The position numbers were made by a program, and so were the translations under genes. Of a DNA stretch of 64,000 nucleotides, positions 50,773-64,000 are shown piece by piece. The notes below the pieces were generated by a model, which did not search any database, was not told where the DNA came from, and saw only the letters and a list, made by a program, of their open reading frames with translations. The number at the start of each line of letters is the position of its first letter. Within the stretch, counting starts at the first letter, position 1. Origin of the DNA: Haliotis rufescens (taxonomy: Eukaryota); contig NW_025964372.1 in assembly GCF_023055435.1 (NCBI RefSeq), positions 21,266,001 through 21,330,000 of the forward strand. The letters run 5' to 3'.

Positions 50773-53700
50773 ATGCTGTCCCGAAAGGACCGCAGCATCA
50801 TTGTCGGTTCATGCGCAGTCGTGATGGTGACCCTCTTCCTGCTGCATTCACCTGTGGTAAGTGAGGACATCGTTACGAAGGATAATTGGTGACCCTCTTC
50901 CTGCTGCATTCAGCTGTGGTAAGTGGGGACATCGTAATGGAGGATAATTGGTGACCCTCTTCCTGCTGCATTCACCTGTGGTAAGTGAGGACATCGTAAC
51001 GAAGGATAATTGGTGACCCTGTTCCTGCTGCATTCACCTATGGTAAGTGAGGACATCGTAATGGAGGATAATTGGTGACCCTCTTCCTGCTGCATTCACC
51101 TGTGGTAAGTGAGGACATCGTTACGAAGGATAATTGGTGACCATCTTCCTGCTGCATTCAGCTGTGGTAAGTGGGGACATCGTAATGGAGGATAATTGGT
51201 GACCCTCTTCCTGCTGCATTCACCTATGGTAAGTGAGGACATCGTAACGAAGGATAATTGGTGACCCTGTTCCTGCTGCATTCAGCTGTGGTAAGTGAGG
51301 ACATCGTAACGAAGGATAATTGGTGACCCTGTTCCTGCTGCATTCACCTGTGGTAAGTGAGGACATCGTAACGAAGGATAACTGGTGACCCTCTTCCTGC
51401 TGCGTTCACCTGTGGTAAGTGATGACATCGTATTGAAGGATAATTGACAGCAGCCGCATCAACATATAACTGATGTCAAGATTGTTCAACCGAACTCATG
51501 CACTAAACACAACATGCGAAAAAGAAAGTAAAAACGGTTTGCGTGTTATTTACTGTTTCCGAACAGACCACTGATATTTGATATTCGGATTTTCGGTGGG
51601 GTGAGGGATTGTGTATGGAGAATGAATAATTTTTGAAATAACACTATGAGCTTAAATATGTTTTTTAATTATCTAAAAATTTTGTAGCTCATAGCACCTT
51701 TATTTTTGATAATATAAAATGGCCAGTCCCTAAAAGAACATATCATTCATACCAAGGAAGTAACAAGTTTATACGTTACAGGAAGACAACAAGAATTCCC
51801 TCTCACAAAATACCTTCATCCAAAATATGGTTTGGTTTCCATGCTGAAAGGTCATTTGTTGTAAAGGCTGCTAGTGTACACCATCTCAAACTGGTATTCC
51901 AGCCTCCATCACTTTGTGTGGTATAAACGGGTTTTTTTACCATTAAAATGCTGGGGAACCTCTATATGTTTCTTAGATAAGAAGCCCGAATGGTTTGATC
52001 GTCCAACCACCTGTCTCCAGCCCTGACCAACTCAGCGAGGATACAGAGTCACATAAACGGAGCATGCCATTGATTGATAAATCGCCACTCGCCCAGCTCC
52101 GCCATCTTGGTTCGGTAAGATTTACAGTGCCAAAACCCGTGACATGATTTTGGTGTTTATTTTCAGTGAAAGGAACTCTCTGGCAATATAGAAACTGATG
52201 TTGGCTAACTCATCACTCTTGCAAAAGTATCCTCCTCCTCACATTTTAAAATACGGTTAATCCTAAATTTTCCAGCCGTGAAGATCTGGGTAGAGAATTG
52301 GTCTGCTTGAATCCATGCTTGCAGTAAAATTCGACTGTGCTTGTCGTAAGAGGCGTCTAACGGGATCGGGTGATCAGACTTGCTGACTTGGTTGATGCAT
52401 GCCATCGTATCACAATTGCGTAGAACGATGCTCATTTTGTCAAATGATTATTTTCAGACCGCCGCCATATAGCTGGAATATTGCCGAGTGCGGCGTTACA
52501 CGACAATCAAACACACAGAATACTTACATTTCAGGGATTGTTTCGTTTTGTTTTCACACTTGATAAAGTAAACGGACTCCTATTGCATTCTATGTAGATA
52601 TTTTTATCAGAAACATCAGAAAATAATTTAACATATATATTCTTGAAGCTACATGCAAATGTTCAAGATGGCCGCCGTGATTCACTGAAATTCTTATGCA
52701 TTCATTTCCATTTTATTTCATAAAGAAATTAATGTCAGCATTTATGTTTCGGTCATTTTCAAAATAGTTTTTTAAAAAAACGTCACACTAATTCATTCAA
52801 CTATCACTTACTATCTTGTGTATGGTTTCTTTATGATGGTGGAAACACTGATAGACACAATTAATAACAAACATCAATGAACAGAGTTATTCACGAAGAA
52901 CCCAATTCAACACTCTGAATAATATGCCCCATCACTGAACTTCTTGCAGCCATGTTAGGTTTGCGCTCCATCCAGATGTCATGTCACGTGTTAGGTTAGC
53001 GCTCCATCCAGATGTCATGTCACGTGTTAGGTTAGCGCTCCATCCAGATGTCATGTCACGTGTTAGGTAAGAAGTCCATCTAGGTGTCATGTCACGTGTA
53101 AGGTTAGAACTGCATCGAGGTGTCACATCTGGTGTAAGGCGAGGCCTTTCCAGGCATGACAAGTTGGTCGTATTGTGTGGGCTTCGTGCAGCTTCGTTGT
53201 GTTTCGGCAGGTGGATCTTCCTTCCAAGGGCGTGCTTGAGAAGCTGAACAGTTCCACGTTGTACAAGATCTACCACAGGTAACCCGCTTCATACTCTCCA
53301 CACACTCCACGAGGCATGCACGTGATGTTATGCTCTGCTTTTCATTTGCCTTGTCAACTGGCGGTGTCATACCAAAATACGGTGAAATATGGCACTTGTT
53401 ACCCTGTCCGGCGTTCGGCATTAAGGGCATAAATCAAAGACTCGTAGGCTCGAAGTCAGTATATATCTTGTCAAAAGATTTTTCACGGGAATATGTTCTG
53501 TTCTTCAGTTACCTTGACAACATCAACTACTTATGTCACCGGAGATTGCGGATGGGGAAGGTTGGTGATGGAGGCTGGGAAGTGTGTGACGATGAAGACT
53601 TTCGGCCAATCACACCGTGCCTTGTATATTCGTTTGGGTGAGTGGAATATTTATTGCTCAGCTCAACTGGGATTTAGGTAAAGGTGGTGAAAGTATTCTC

Positions 53701-56700
53701 CTCTGACACCACATGAAACTTCTCCTGACATCACGGTTTTAACCTGTCCTGTTCTGACATCTGACAGAACCTCTGCTTTTCTGACACCACAGAGGGGCGG
53801 TCGGGTAGCCTTGTGGTTCGCTCGTCACGCCGAAGACCCGGGTTCGATTCCAGATATGGGGACAATGTGTGAAACCCTATTCTGGTGTCCCCCGCCGTGA
53901 TATTGCTGGAATATTACCATAAAACCATACTCACTCACTCACTGACACCACAGATAAAACATGTCCTCTCACACGACGGATAAAACCCACCCCTCGCCGA
54001 TATCATGGTCGTCATGGTTACCATATACAATATTAATATATATTGAATGTTCCTCCAGGCACACTGAATGCATACAGAACGTTCCTCCATAGACCCATCT
54101 TGAATGTGTTCAATACGTCCCTCCATACGCCATGAAAGTTTATATATTGTTTATCCATACACCCTGAATGAATACACAACGTCCATCTATACACCCTGAA
54201 TGTATACACAACGTCCATCAATACACCCTGAATGTAAATACAACGTCCATCCATACACCCTGAATGTATACACAACGTCCATCCATACGCCCTGAATGTA
54301 TACACAACGTCCATCCATAAACCCTGAATGTATACACAACGTCCATCCATACACCCCGAATGTAAATACAACGTCCGACCATACACCCTGAATGTAAACA
54401 CAACGTCCATCCATACACCCTGAATGTATACACAACGTCCATCCCTCTCTATATCCTGTATTGTACACAACGTCCATCCATACACCCTGAATGTATACAC
54501 AACGTCCATCCCTCTATATATCCTGTATGTATACACAACGTCCATCCATACACCCTGAATGTAAATACAACGTCCGACCATACACGCTGAATGTATACAC
54601 CCTGAATGTATACACAACGTCCATCCCTCTATATATCCTGTATGTATACACAACGTCCATCCATACACCCTGAATGGACACACAACGTCCATCTATACAC
54701 CCTGAATGTATACACAACGTCCATCCATATGCCCTGAATGTATACATAACGTCCATCCATAAACCCTGAATGTATACACAACGTCCATCCATACACCCTG
54801 AATGTAAATACAGCGTCCGACCATACACCCTGAATGTATACACAACGTCTATCCATACACCCCGAATGTATACACAACGTCCATCCCTCTCTATATCCTG
54901 TATGTATACACAACGTCCATCCATACACCCTGAATGTATACACAACGTCCATCCATACACCCTGAATGTATACACAACGTCCATCCATACAACCTGAATG
55001 TAAATACAACGTCCGACCATACACCCTGAATGTATACACAACGTCCATCCATACAACCTGAATGTAAATACAACGTCCGACCATACACCCTGAATGTATA
55101 CACAACGTCCATCCATACACCCTGAATGTATTCACAACGTCCATCCCTCTATAAATCCTGTATGTATACACAACGTCCATGCCTCTACACATCCAATATG
55201 TATACACAACGTCCATCCATACGCCCTGAATGTATACACAACGTCCATACCTCTATACATCAATATGTATACACAACGTCCATCCCTCTATATATCCTGT
55301 ATGCATACACAACTTCCATCCATACGCCCTGAATGTATACACAACGTCCATACCCCTATACATCCAATATGTATACACAACGTCCATCCCTCTATATATC
55401 CTGTATGCATACACAACGTCCATACCTCTATACATCCAATATGTATACACAACGTCCATCCATACACCCTGAATGTATACACAACGTCCATCCCTCTATA
55501 CAGTTCACTACTATGTTTTTAAGATGTATTATATTGTATCTGCAGCATCAACCACGACTTCTCATTTGATGACGACATCGCGAAGAACTACCGGTGCCAG
55601 GTCTTGTCCTTTGACCCGAGGTAAAGTCAACAGATAGCTGTTTCAAACGTTTTGTAGACAACGATGTACATAATCTGCTTGCACTTACGACAGTGTTCAG
55701 ACGGAGATGCATATCATATATATAACTACGAAGGTAAGGCGAACTGGTCGTGGCCTCACAGAGAAACCCGTTCGAAGCAAATTGTTTACACGTTAATTTT
55801 CAATATAATCAACCTGTGACATCAATACACAATGCGCTTGACATCGCACCACCCGCCAAAGCCACCGCCCCACCCGCCGCCGCACCACCCGCCATCGCCC
55901 CACCCGCCAACGCCCCACCCGCCAACGCCCCAGCCGCACCACCCGCCGCCGCCCCACCCGCCACCGCCCCATCAGCATAAAAGAAACCACCGTCATTTGT
56001 GATCTTATTAAAATTCTTTTACAAAAAATACCCAAAGTCCAATATTAACTTAAATCCCATCACCGTGTCTGTTTAGGGATTAATTCATCTATTTTAGGAC
56101 ACACATGTTGAAATCTCATATCACACAAACCACTATCTAGGAGGCAACGAACTCTTCGATTTCCCCTCGTATTCAGACAGCCGTTGAAGACAATGTGAAA
56201 GAAGGGTAGGAAGATGGGTTTCATTTTTATTATTACTTATTTAAAATGATGCTATCTGACTATCTCGAGGTGTAGGAGATAAAAGAGAGATTTTACTTTT
56301 ATTTTTTAACTTTATTGAAATGATGCTATCAGACTGGCTAATCGCGTATAGTTAAGTGAAGACCCAAACTGGCCACGTGGCGGTTGGAGGGCGTGAGATA
56401 GAGCTATACGCAACGATATACCCTGGAAAACATTTATAAAAAGGGGATGTTTAGCGATTCCTCTGATTTTGCAGTATGAAAGTGAAGAGCCACAAGAGGT
56501 CGCCTCGGGTTCATTTCTATAAGCTGGGCATCGCTGGCAGCGACAAGGTGGTAATGAAGAAAGGCTGGGAACTACGATCACTGTCGTCATTCAAGCGGCA
56601 GTTTAAACATACGGAGGTAAGCCTCACCACTTTCAGCACTTCACTCAACGTGCAGAAGTAAGCCTTCTCCCTTCCATCAGTACACTCATGTATACAGAAG

Positions 56701-57981
56701 CAAGCCTTCTTCCTCCCATCACAACACTCAACATACAGAAGCAAGCCTTGCCCCTTCCATCACAACATTTAACATAGAGAAGTAAGCCTTCTCTCTTCCA
56801 TCACTACACTCAACATACAGAAGTAAGCCTTCTTTATTCCATCACTACACTCAACATAGAGAAGTAAGCCTTCTCCCTTCCATCACTACACTCAACATAC
56901 AGAAGTTAGCCTTCTCCCTTCCATCACTACACTCAACATATAGAAGTAAACCTTCTCCCTTCCATCACTACACTCAACATACAGAAGTAAGCCTTCTCCC
57001 TTCCATCACTACACTCAACATACATAAGTTAGCCTTCTCCCTTCCATCACTACACTTAACATACAGAAGTAAGCCTTCTCCCTTCCATCACTACACTCAA
57101 CAGACAGAAGTTAGCCTTCTCCCTTCCATCACTACACTCAACAGACAGAAGTTAGCCTTCTCCCTTCCATCACTACACTCAACATACAGAAGTAAGCCTT
57201 CTTTATTCCATCACTATACTCAACATACAGAAGTAAGCCTTCTCCCTTCCATCACTATACTCAACAGACAGAAGTTAGCCTTCTCCCTTCCATCACTACA
57301 CTCAACATACAGAAGTAAGCCTTCTTTATTCCATCACTATACTCAACATACAGAAGTAAGCCTTCTCCCTTCCATCACTACACTCAACATACAGAAGTAA
57401 GCCTTCTCCCTTTCATCACTAAACTCAATATCACAATGAATGTGTCAAGCATTTCTTTTTTCCAACATTCTGAAGCATAATGATTATTTTAAGAATTTTC
57501 TGGGACAATGTATGTTTTTCGATAAAATCACAGTCAATCAAATTGTCAGTCCCTAAGTTAACTGTGTTTCACTGTGTTCACTGTGTTTCACCGTGTTTCA
57601 CCGTGTTTCACTGTTTTACTTTTCACCGTGTTTCACTGTTTAACTCTGTTTCACTATGTTTTCACTGTGTTTGTGTCGCAGCGCATCATCGACGTGTTGA
57701 AGATGGACGTGGAGGGTGCGGAGTGGAGTGCCCTGCCGCAGATGGTGTCGTCGGGGCAGCTGAGCCGGGTGCGACAGCTGTTTGTGGAATTCCACGGGGC
57801 ATTCAAGGCCCGAGCCGCGTCCGTACCTGCCCTCAAGCTGCTGGAAGACCTGCACGCAATAGGCTTCCGCAAGTTCTATGTCCACAAGAACCGCGTTTGT
57901 CGTGTCAAGTCTCCAGATTTCCCCGTCTTGAGAACCGCGTGCTATGAGGTTCACTATGTGAATATCAATCTACTGGAATAA
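50773..57981 (+). CDS. METTL24: METTL24-like (Methyltransf_22/FkbM-type) methyltransferase with N-terminal signal anchor, about 265 aa. Exons 50773-50856, 53211-53278, 53509-53637, 55546-55620, 56475-56616, 57682-57981
   Basis: GT-AG exons join in frame (798 nt). Family motifs: GKVGDGGWEVC, CLVYSFGI, DFSFD, SFDPS, IDVLKMDVEGAEW, QLFVEFH, CYEVHYVN. Exon 1 reads MLSRKDRSIIVGSCAVVMVTLFLL after an acceptor at 50754. The 5' exons are less certain than the 3' exons. Confidence 0.85.
50826..51446. repeat. 62-bp minisatellite derived from the METTL24-like first coding exon donor
   Basis: ggtgaccctcttcctgctgcattcacctgtg|gtaagtgaggacatcg.., 10 copies. Confidence 0.94.
52277..52512 (+). mobile_element. 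SINE family S3
   Basis: Similar to 12039-12297. Confidence 0.75.
52950..53130. repeat. About 36-bp short tandem array
   Basis: atgtcatgtcacgtgttaggttagcgctccatccag. Confidence 0.8.
53794..53943 (+). mobile_element. tRNA-derived SINE, family S2
   Basis: Similar to 22997-23168; TSD ctgacaccacaga. Confidence 0.85.
54100..55500. repeat. 32-36-bp minisatellite
   Basis: atgtatacacaacgtccatccatacaccctga. Confidence 0.93.
55845..55972. repeat. 15-bp C-rich repeat
   Basis: (cgccccacccgccaa)-like units. Confidence 0.8.
56606..57430. repeat. 41-bp minisatellite derived from the METTL24-like exon-5 donor
   Basis: aacatacagaa|gtaagccttctcccttccatcactacactc versus the true junction aacatacggag|gtaagcc. 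Confidence 0.93.
57560..57670. repeat. 10-bp repeat (actgtgtttc) abutting the last-exon acceptor
   Basis: Tandem periodicity. Confidence 0.8.
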
Positions 57982-58010
57982 ATGTCTTTGTACTGTTTTT
58001 AAACATTAAA
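57977..58010 (+). promoter_or_regulatory. Candidate polyadenylation signals of the METTL24-like gene
   Basis: AATAAA overlapping the TAA stop (57977-57982) and ATTAAA at 58005-58010. Confidence 0.45.
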
Positions 58011-58129
58011 TTGTTTGGGTTAGCGCCACTGTGCTGTTAATATTAAGGCAGTGGTCCCACAACATCACCACTACACCAAAACTGCCGCACAGCTACAACA
58101 CAACAACGCATACTTTACAGCTACGTCAC

Positions 58130-59065
58130 AGTAAGACAATAACTACATCACAGGTACACTATAACTACATTGTACATCCCAGGTTCGTCACGTCTACATC
58201 ATAACTTGTACATGACAGGTACGTCATAACTGCATTGTACATCACAGGTACGTCACAACTACATCATAACTTGTACATGACAGGTACGTCATAACTGCAT
58301 TGTACACCACAGGTACGTCTCAACTACATCATAACTTGTACATGACAGGTACGTCATAGCTACATTGTACATCCCAGGTACGTCACAACTACGTCATAAC
58401 TACTTTGTATATCACAGGTACGTCACAACTACGTCATAACTGCATTGTACATCACATGTACGTCACAACTACGTCATAACTACATTGTACATCACATGTA
58501 CGTCACAACTACGTCATAACTACAATGTATATCCCAGGTACGTCACAACTACGTCATAACTGCATTGTACATCACAGGTACGTCACAACTACGTCATAAC
58601 TTGTACATGCCAGGTACGTCACAACTACGTCATAACTGCATTGTATATCCCAGGTACGTCACAACTACGTCATAACTGCATTGTATATCCAAGGTACGTC
58701 ACAACTACGTCATAACTACATTGTATATCCAAGGTACGTCACAACTACGTCATAACTGCATTGTACATCACAGGTACGTCACAACTACGTCATAACTACA
58801 TTGTACATCACAGGTACGTCACAACTACATCATAACTTGTACATGACAGGTACGTCACAACTACGTCATAACTGCATTGAACATCCAAGGTACGTCACAA
58901 CTACGTCATAACTGCATTGTACATCAAAGGTACGTCACAACTACGTCATAACTACATTGTATATCCCAGGTACGTCACAACTACGTCATAACGGCATTGC
59001 ACATCACAGGTACGTCACAACTACATCACAACTACATCATAACTGCATTGTACATCACAGCTGCA
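58130..59065. repeat. About 40-bp minisatellite
   Basis: caggtacgtcacaactacgtcataactgcattgtacatca. Confidence 0.92.
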
Positions 59066-59194
59066 TTGTCTGATCTGGACCCGATTTTTTACAGACCGCC
59101 GTCAAATAGCTGGAATATTGCTGAGTACGGCGTTAAACAACATACATCACCACATCATTGCAACTAAATTGCCACCGCATTGAGACTAGGGTGT

Positions 59195-61812
59195 AGGGAT
59201 GACAGGGAGAATCTAGAACTCCACCAAACCGGCTGTAGTGGTGGCGAATCTAAGACTCAAGTCAACGCGCGGGTGTGGCGATGACAGGGAAAATCTAGGA
59301 CGCCAACCAACACGTGGCAATGATGACAGGGAGAATCTTGGACGCCAACCAACACGTTGCAATGATGACAGGGAGAATCTAGGACGCCAACCAACACGTT
59401 GCAATGATGACAGGGGGAATCTTGGACGCCAACCAACACGTTGCAATGATGACAGGGAGAATCTAGGACGCCAACCAACACGTTGCAATGATGACAGGGA
59501 GAATCTAGGACGCCAACCAACACGTTGCAATGATGACAGGGAGAATCTAGGACGCCAACCAACACGTTGCAATGATGACAGGGAGAATCTAGGACGCCAA
59601 CCAACACGTTGCAATGATGACAGGGAGAATCTTTGACGCCAACCAACACGTTGCAATGATGACAGGGAGAATCTAGGACGCCAACCAACACGTGGCAATG
59701 ATGACAGGGAGAATCTTGGACGCCAACCAACACGGGTGTGGCGATGACAGGGAGAATCTTGGACGCCAACCAACACAGGTGTGGCGATGACAGGGAGAAT
59801 CTAGGCCGCCAACCAACACGTTGCAATGATGACAGGGGGAATCTTGGACGCCAACCAACACGGGTGTGGCGATGACAAGGAAAATCTAGGACGCCAACCA
59901 ACACGTGGCAATGATGACAGGGAGAATCTAGGACGCCAACCAACACGGGTGTTGCGATGACAGGGAGAATCTAGGACGCCAACCAACACAGGTGTGGCGA
60001 TGACAGGGAGAATCTAGGACGCCAACCAACACAGGTGTGGCGATGACAGGGAGAATCTAGGACGCCAACCAACACCGCTGTGGCGATGACAGGGAGAATC
60101 TAGGACGCCTACCAACACAGGTGCGGCGATGACAGGGAGAATCATGGACGCCAACCAACGGTGTTGCAATGACAGGAAGAATCTAGGACGCCTACCAACA
60201 CAGGTGCGGCGATGACAGTGGGAATCTAGGACGCCAACCAACACGGGTGTTGCAATGACAGGGAGAATCTAGGACGCCTACCAACACAGGTGCGGCGATG
60301 ACAGTGATAATCTTGGACGCCAACCAACACGGGTGTTGCAATGACAGGAATAATCTTGGACGCCAACCAACACAGATGTGGCGATGACAGGGAGAATCTA
60401 GGACGCCAACCAACACGGGTGTTGCAATGACAGTGGGAATCTAGGACGCCAACCAACACAGGTGCGGCGATGACAGGGAGAATCTTGGACGCCAACCAAC
60501 ACAGGTGTGGCTATGACAGGGAGAATCTAGGACGCCAACCAACACAGGTCCGGCGATGACAGGGAGAATCTTGGACGCCAACCAACACAGGTGTGGCGAT
60601 GACAGGGAGAATCTAGGACGCCAACCAACACGGGTGTTGCAATGACAGGGAGAATCATGGACGCCAACAAACACAGGTGCGGCGATGACAGTGGGAATCT
60701 AGGACGCCAACCAACACGTTGCAATGATGACAGGGAGAATCATGGACGCCAACAAACACAGGTGCGGCGATGACAGTGGGAATCTAGGACGCCAACCAAC
60801 ACGTTGCAATGATGACAGGGAGAATCTAGGACGCCAACCAACACGGGTGTGGCGATGCCAGGGGAGAATCTTGGACGCCAACCAATACGGAGGTGGCGAT
60901 GACAAGGAGAATTTTGGACAACAACCAACACGGGTTTGGCGATGACAGGAAGAATCTAGGACGCCAACCAACACGGGTGTAGCGATGACAGGGGGAATCT
61001 AGGACGCCAACCAACAGGGCTTGCGTTATAGTCTGGGAGAATCTTGGACGCCAACCAACGGTGTGGCGATGACAGGGGGAATCTAGGACGCCAACCAACA
61101 CGTTGCAATGATGACAGGGAGAATCTTGAACGCCAACCAACACGGGTGTGGCGATGACAGGAGGAATCTTGGACGCCAACCAACACGGGTGTGGCGATGA
61201 CAGGGAGAATCTAGGACGCCAACCAAAACGGGTGTGGCGATGACAGGGAGAATTTTGGACGCCAACCAACATGGGTGTGGCGATGACAGGGAGAATCTAG
61301 GACGCCAACCAACACAGGTGTGGCGATGACAGGGAGAATCTAGGACGCCAACCAAGACGGGTGTGGCGATGAAAGTGGAATCTTGGACTCCAACCAACAC
61401 GGATGTGGCGATGACAGTGGGAATCTAGGACGCCAACCAACACAGGTGTGGCGATGACAGGGAGAATCTAGGACGCCAACCAACACGGATATGGCGATGT
61501 CAGGGGGAATCTTGGACTCCAACCGACACGGGTGTGGCGATGTCAGGGGGAATCTTGGACGCCAACCAACACAGGTGCGGCGATGACAGGGAGAATCTTG
61601 GACGCCAACCAACACGGGTGTGGCGATGACAGGGAGAATCTTGGACGCCAACCAACACGGATGTGGCGATGACAGTGGGAATCTAGGACTGCAGCTAACA
61701 CGGGTTCAGTGGTGACATCGATACTCGAACCAACGCGTGTGCGTTGATGCCGAATCTGGAACGCCCACCATCACGGGTGTGGCTATGAGAGAGAATCTAA
61801 GCTAACACGGGT
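59195..61812. repeat. 42-bp minisatellite
   Basis: gatgacagggagaatctaggacgccaaccaacacgttgcaat. Confidence 0.95.
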
Positions 61813-61868
61813 GCTCCCTCTTTCACAATGGACCCTTAATCGTTATAGCAACATTTTTCCAAGCATTA

Positions 61869-62090
61869 AGTGAGTAAGTGGGGTTTAAACCCCCTTTAAC
61901 AGTATTCCAGTTATATCAAGGCGTGTCAGCTTAATGTGGGCGGCAGGTCTCGGACGTTTACCACTTCGGTGAAAACCACGAGCACGGGTATGGTGCTGAC
62001 AAACATAGAAACATAATCGGGGCGAATCGGGATTCGAACCCACAATCATAGGTTTCTGGCGTGCCCAAGGGACGCACCTCTGCACAGCGT
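61869..62090 (-). mobile_element. SINE family S1 (5'-truncated)
   Basis: Reverse-complement similarity to 24320-24598. Confidence 0.78.
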
Positions 62091-62486
62091 CCAAGCATGA
62101 AACTAGTTATTCTCAATAGGAATTTTCCGTTCATAAATTCTTGATAAACAGTTAAAAAATCAATATTCGGAGAATGTTGTATCCTTTAAAAATTTAAAAC
62201 AATACATGTATACTCAACAACAAATGTTCCTGTGACACGAATATTTTAGTGTATTTTTCAAACAGAGTTTGATTTTCAATATTGTTGTACATGTATGGAA
62301 TCAAGTCACAAAAACTACAACAGAAAAGCATGCATTCCATGCAAAAGATGACTTTTATGCAAGCCCCATGTATTGAATGGGTATTAAAACGTGCGTTAAC
62401 GGGATTCCATATGCCTTGTTTAGCATCGTGTTGACAACAACCACTTAGAAAAACAACAAAATAACGCAATTATTCAACATTACGAA

Positions 62487-63393
62487 ATGCCACGCCTGTC
62501 CGAAAATGAGCGTCTTGGTATGCTTGAAGCAGGATCGAGTCAACGTGATGTTGCAAGACAATTTAACGTCCACAGAAACACCATTTGGTGTTTATTGCAA
62601 CGTTGGCAACAGACGAATGCAGTCAGAGACCACCCTCGGAGTGGCAGGCCACCCGTAACCAATAATGACAAGACGAAATCGATTCCAGCCAGCAACAGTG
62701 ACTGCAAAAAGCATCCCTGGCCTTCGACGAATATCTTCACAAACCGTACGTCGCCGCCTCAGATGCGCAGGGATTGACGCCAGAAGACCAAGACGTCCCA
62801 TTTTGTCAGGAAACCACCGTCAAGCACGTCTACAGTGGTGCAGACAGCGTCTATGTTTGGACGGATTCGAGTGTACCGACGTCCAGGTGAACGTTACGTG
62901 AATCATTGTTATGGAAGAAGATCGGTTCGGGGGCGGCAGCGTTATGGTATGGGTTGGGATTACAGCAAGACAGAGGACCCGTTTGATACTGGTAGAGGGA
63001 AATCTCAATGGACAGCGCTACCGCGACGAGATAATCGGCCCTGTTGTTCTACCGTTTTGTTGTCGTCATGGCCCAGGCATTACCTTTCAACATGACAACG
63101 CCCGGCCTCATATTGCTCGACTTGTTCAGGATTCTCTTCAACAAAACAACGTGAAAGTCATCCCCTGGCCGGCTCGCTCCCCTGATCTCTCACCAATCGA
63201 GCACATGTGGGATGAGATGGATCGGCGCCTTCGACGTCAACCACGTGTTCCACAGACACTCCAGGGACTTCGAAACATGATCCAGCAGATATGGACAGAT
63301 ATCCCACAGGACTTTGTGCGACGCCTGGTCCATTCCATGAGACGAAGATGAGTTGCTTGCATCGCAACCAGAGGTGGACACACACGCTATTGA
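62487..63393 (+). pseudogene. Tc1-like (DD34E) transposase, frameshifted, with the segment carrying the first catalytic Asp deleted
   Basis: MPRLSENER..HTH..PRSGRP; FQHDNARPH followed 34 residues later by E in WPARSPDLSPIEHMW; GGHTRY C-terminus. Frameshifts, premature TGA at 63349, and the expected FSDESRF block is missing near 62850. Confidence 0.9.
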
Positions 63394-64000
63394 TTTGTAA
63401 ATTGACATTGTGGCATGTTCATGTTTTTTTATGAAATCCCGCATTTTCTGAAGTCAGTATGGCAAATTATACCATTACTTTAGAATTCGTACCTTCAAAG
63501 GTTCTTAATAGAACACATTGAAATAGGGCATGATGTCTCAATATTATATGTGAGATATAGTTCGTCCTTGCTTTGAATCCAAAAGATAAATCGCGTAACG
63601 GGCATATTGTGTTTCGTCAAGTCATATCGCTCCAGCTTAAAGATACCAAAGAAGACTCTCGTTAAAACAGCGGAGGATCTAATACAAAGTTTATTATTAT
63701 TAACGTAAAACGTATATTTTTTTGTTTTCGAATGAGGAAGTAAAAACGATTGCATTAAGTACATGTGTACTTATCACTTGGTAAGCTAGAGCCATTGGAA
63801 CCCAAGATCGATACTGGCATCTACACATATGCTACATTATTCATGGAAGGATTAGATTACTCTGTGAGATATTGCATTTGTCATGGTGCCATGATCTTGA
63901 GGTATTAGAATTTCAAGGACGATATTGTAACTGATAGACATTCACCTAATACATCGACATAAAATATTCATTTGGTAGGATGACGAATTTTCAGATATCT

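Noticed and set aside
52150-52210. Strong acceptor-like site tttattttcag in METTL24-like intron 1
   Set aside because: Begins with TGA in the required phase and has early stops in the other frames; not a coding exon (a poison exon cannot be excluded)
55750-55980. Pro/Ala-rich ORF (APPAAAPPA) inside the METTL24-like gene
   Set aside because: C-rich 15-bp repeat with no suitable splice sites; the flanking exons join in frame without it
44310-61812. CRISPR-like regularity in the long arrays
   Set aside because: Head-to-tail units with no unique spacers, no cas genes, eukaryotic context

Overview
Eukaryotic (animal) genomic DNA, not microbial. It has GT-AG introns, tRNA-derived SINEs with (GAGT)n/(AAAC)n tails and Nin/V/Meta-like cores that suggest a mollusc, possibly a gastropod such as abalone (inference), and very dense minisatellites. 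I could assemble four spliced genes by hand. Three are tandem minus-strand 1-acyl-sn-glycerol-3-phosphate acyltransferase (AGPAT1/2, PlsC-family) paralogs: A at <1117-5549, truncated by the window edge; B at 10249-24880; C at 30679-37317. The fourth is a plus-strand METTL24-like methyltransferase at 50773-57981. The rest is about 25 tandem arrays, SINEs, MITEs and Tc1/mariner/L2 relics, and nearly all long ORFs in the supplied track are repeat artefacts. Two observations stand out. (1) At least six minisatellites are tandem amplifications of the host gene's own exon-intron junction, giving roughly 10 to 95 junction copies per array, many with intact splice sites. One array places an in-frame TAG behind almost every decoy acceptor, and another keeps its decoy donors in frame. 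(2) Paralogs A and B both change acyltransferase motif III from FPEGTR to FPEGKR, while C is canonical.
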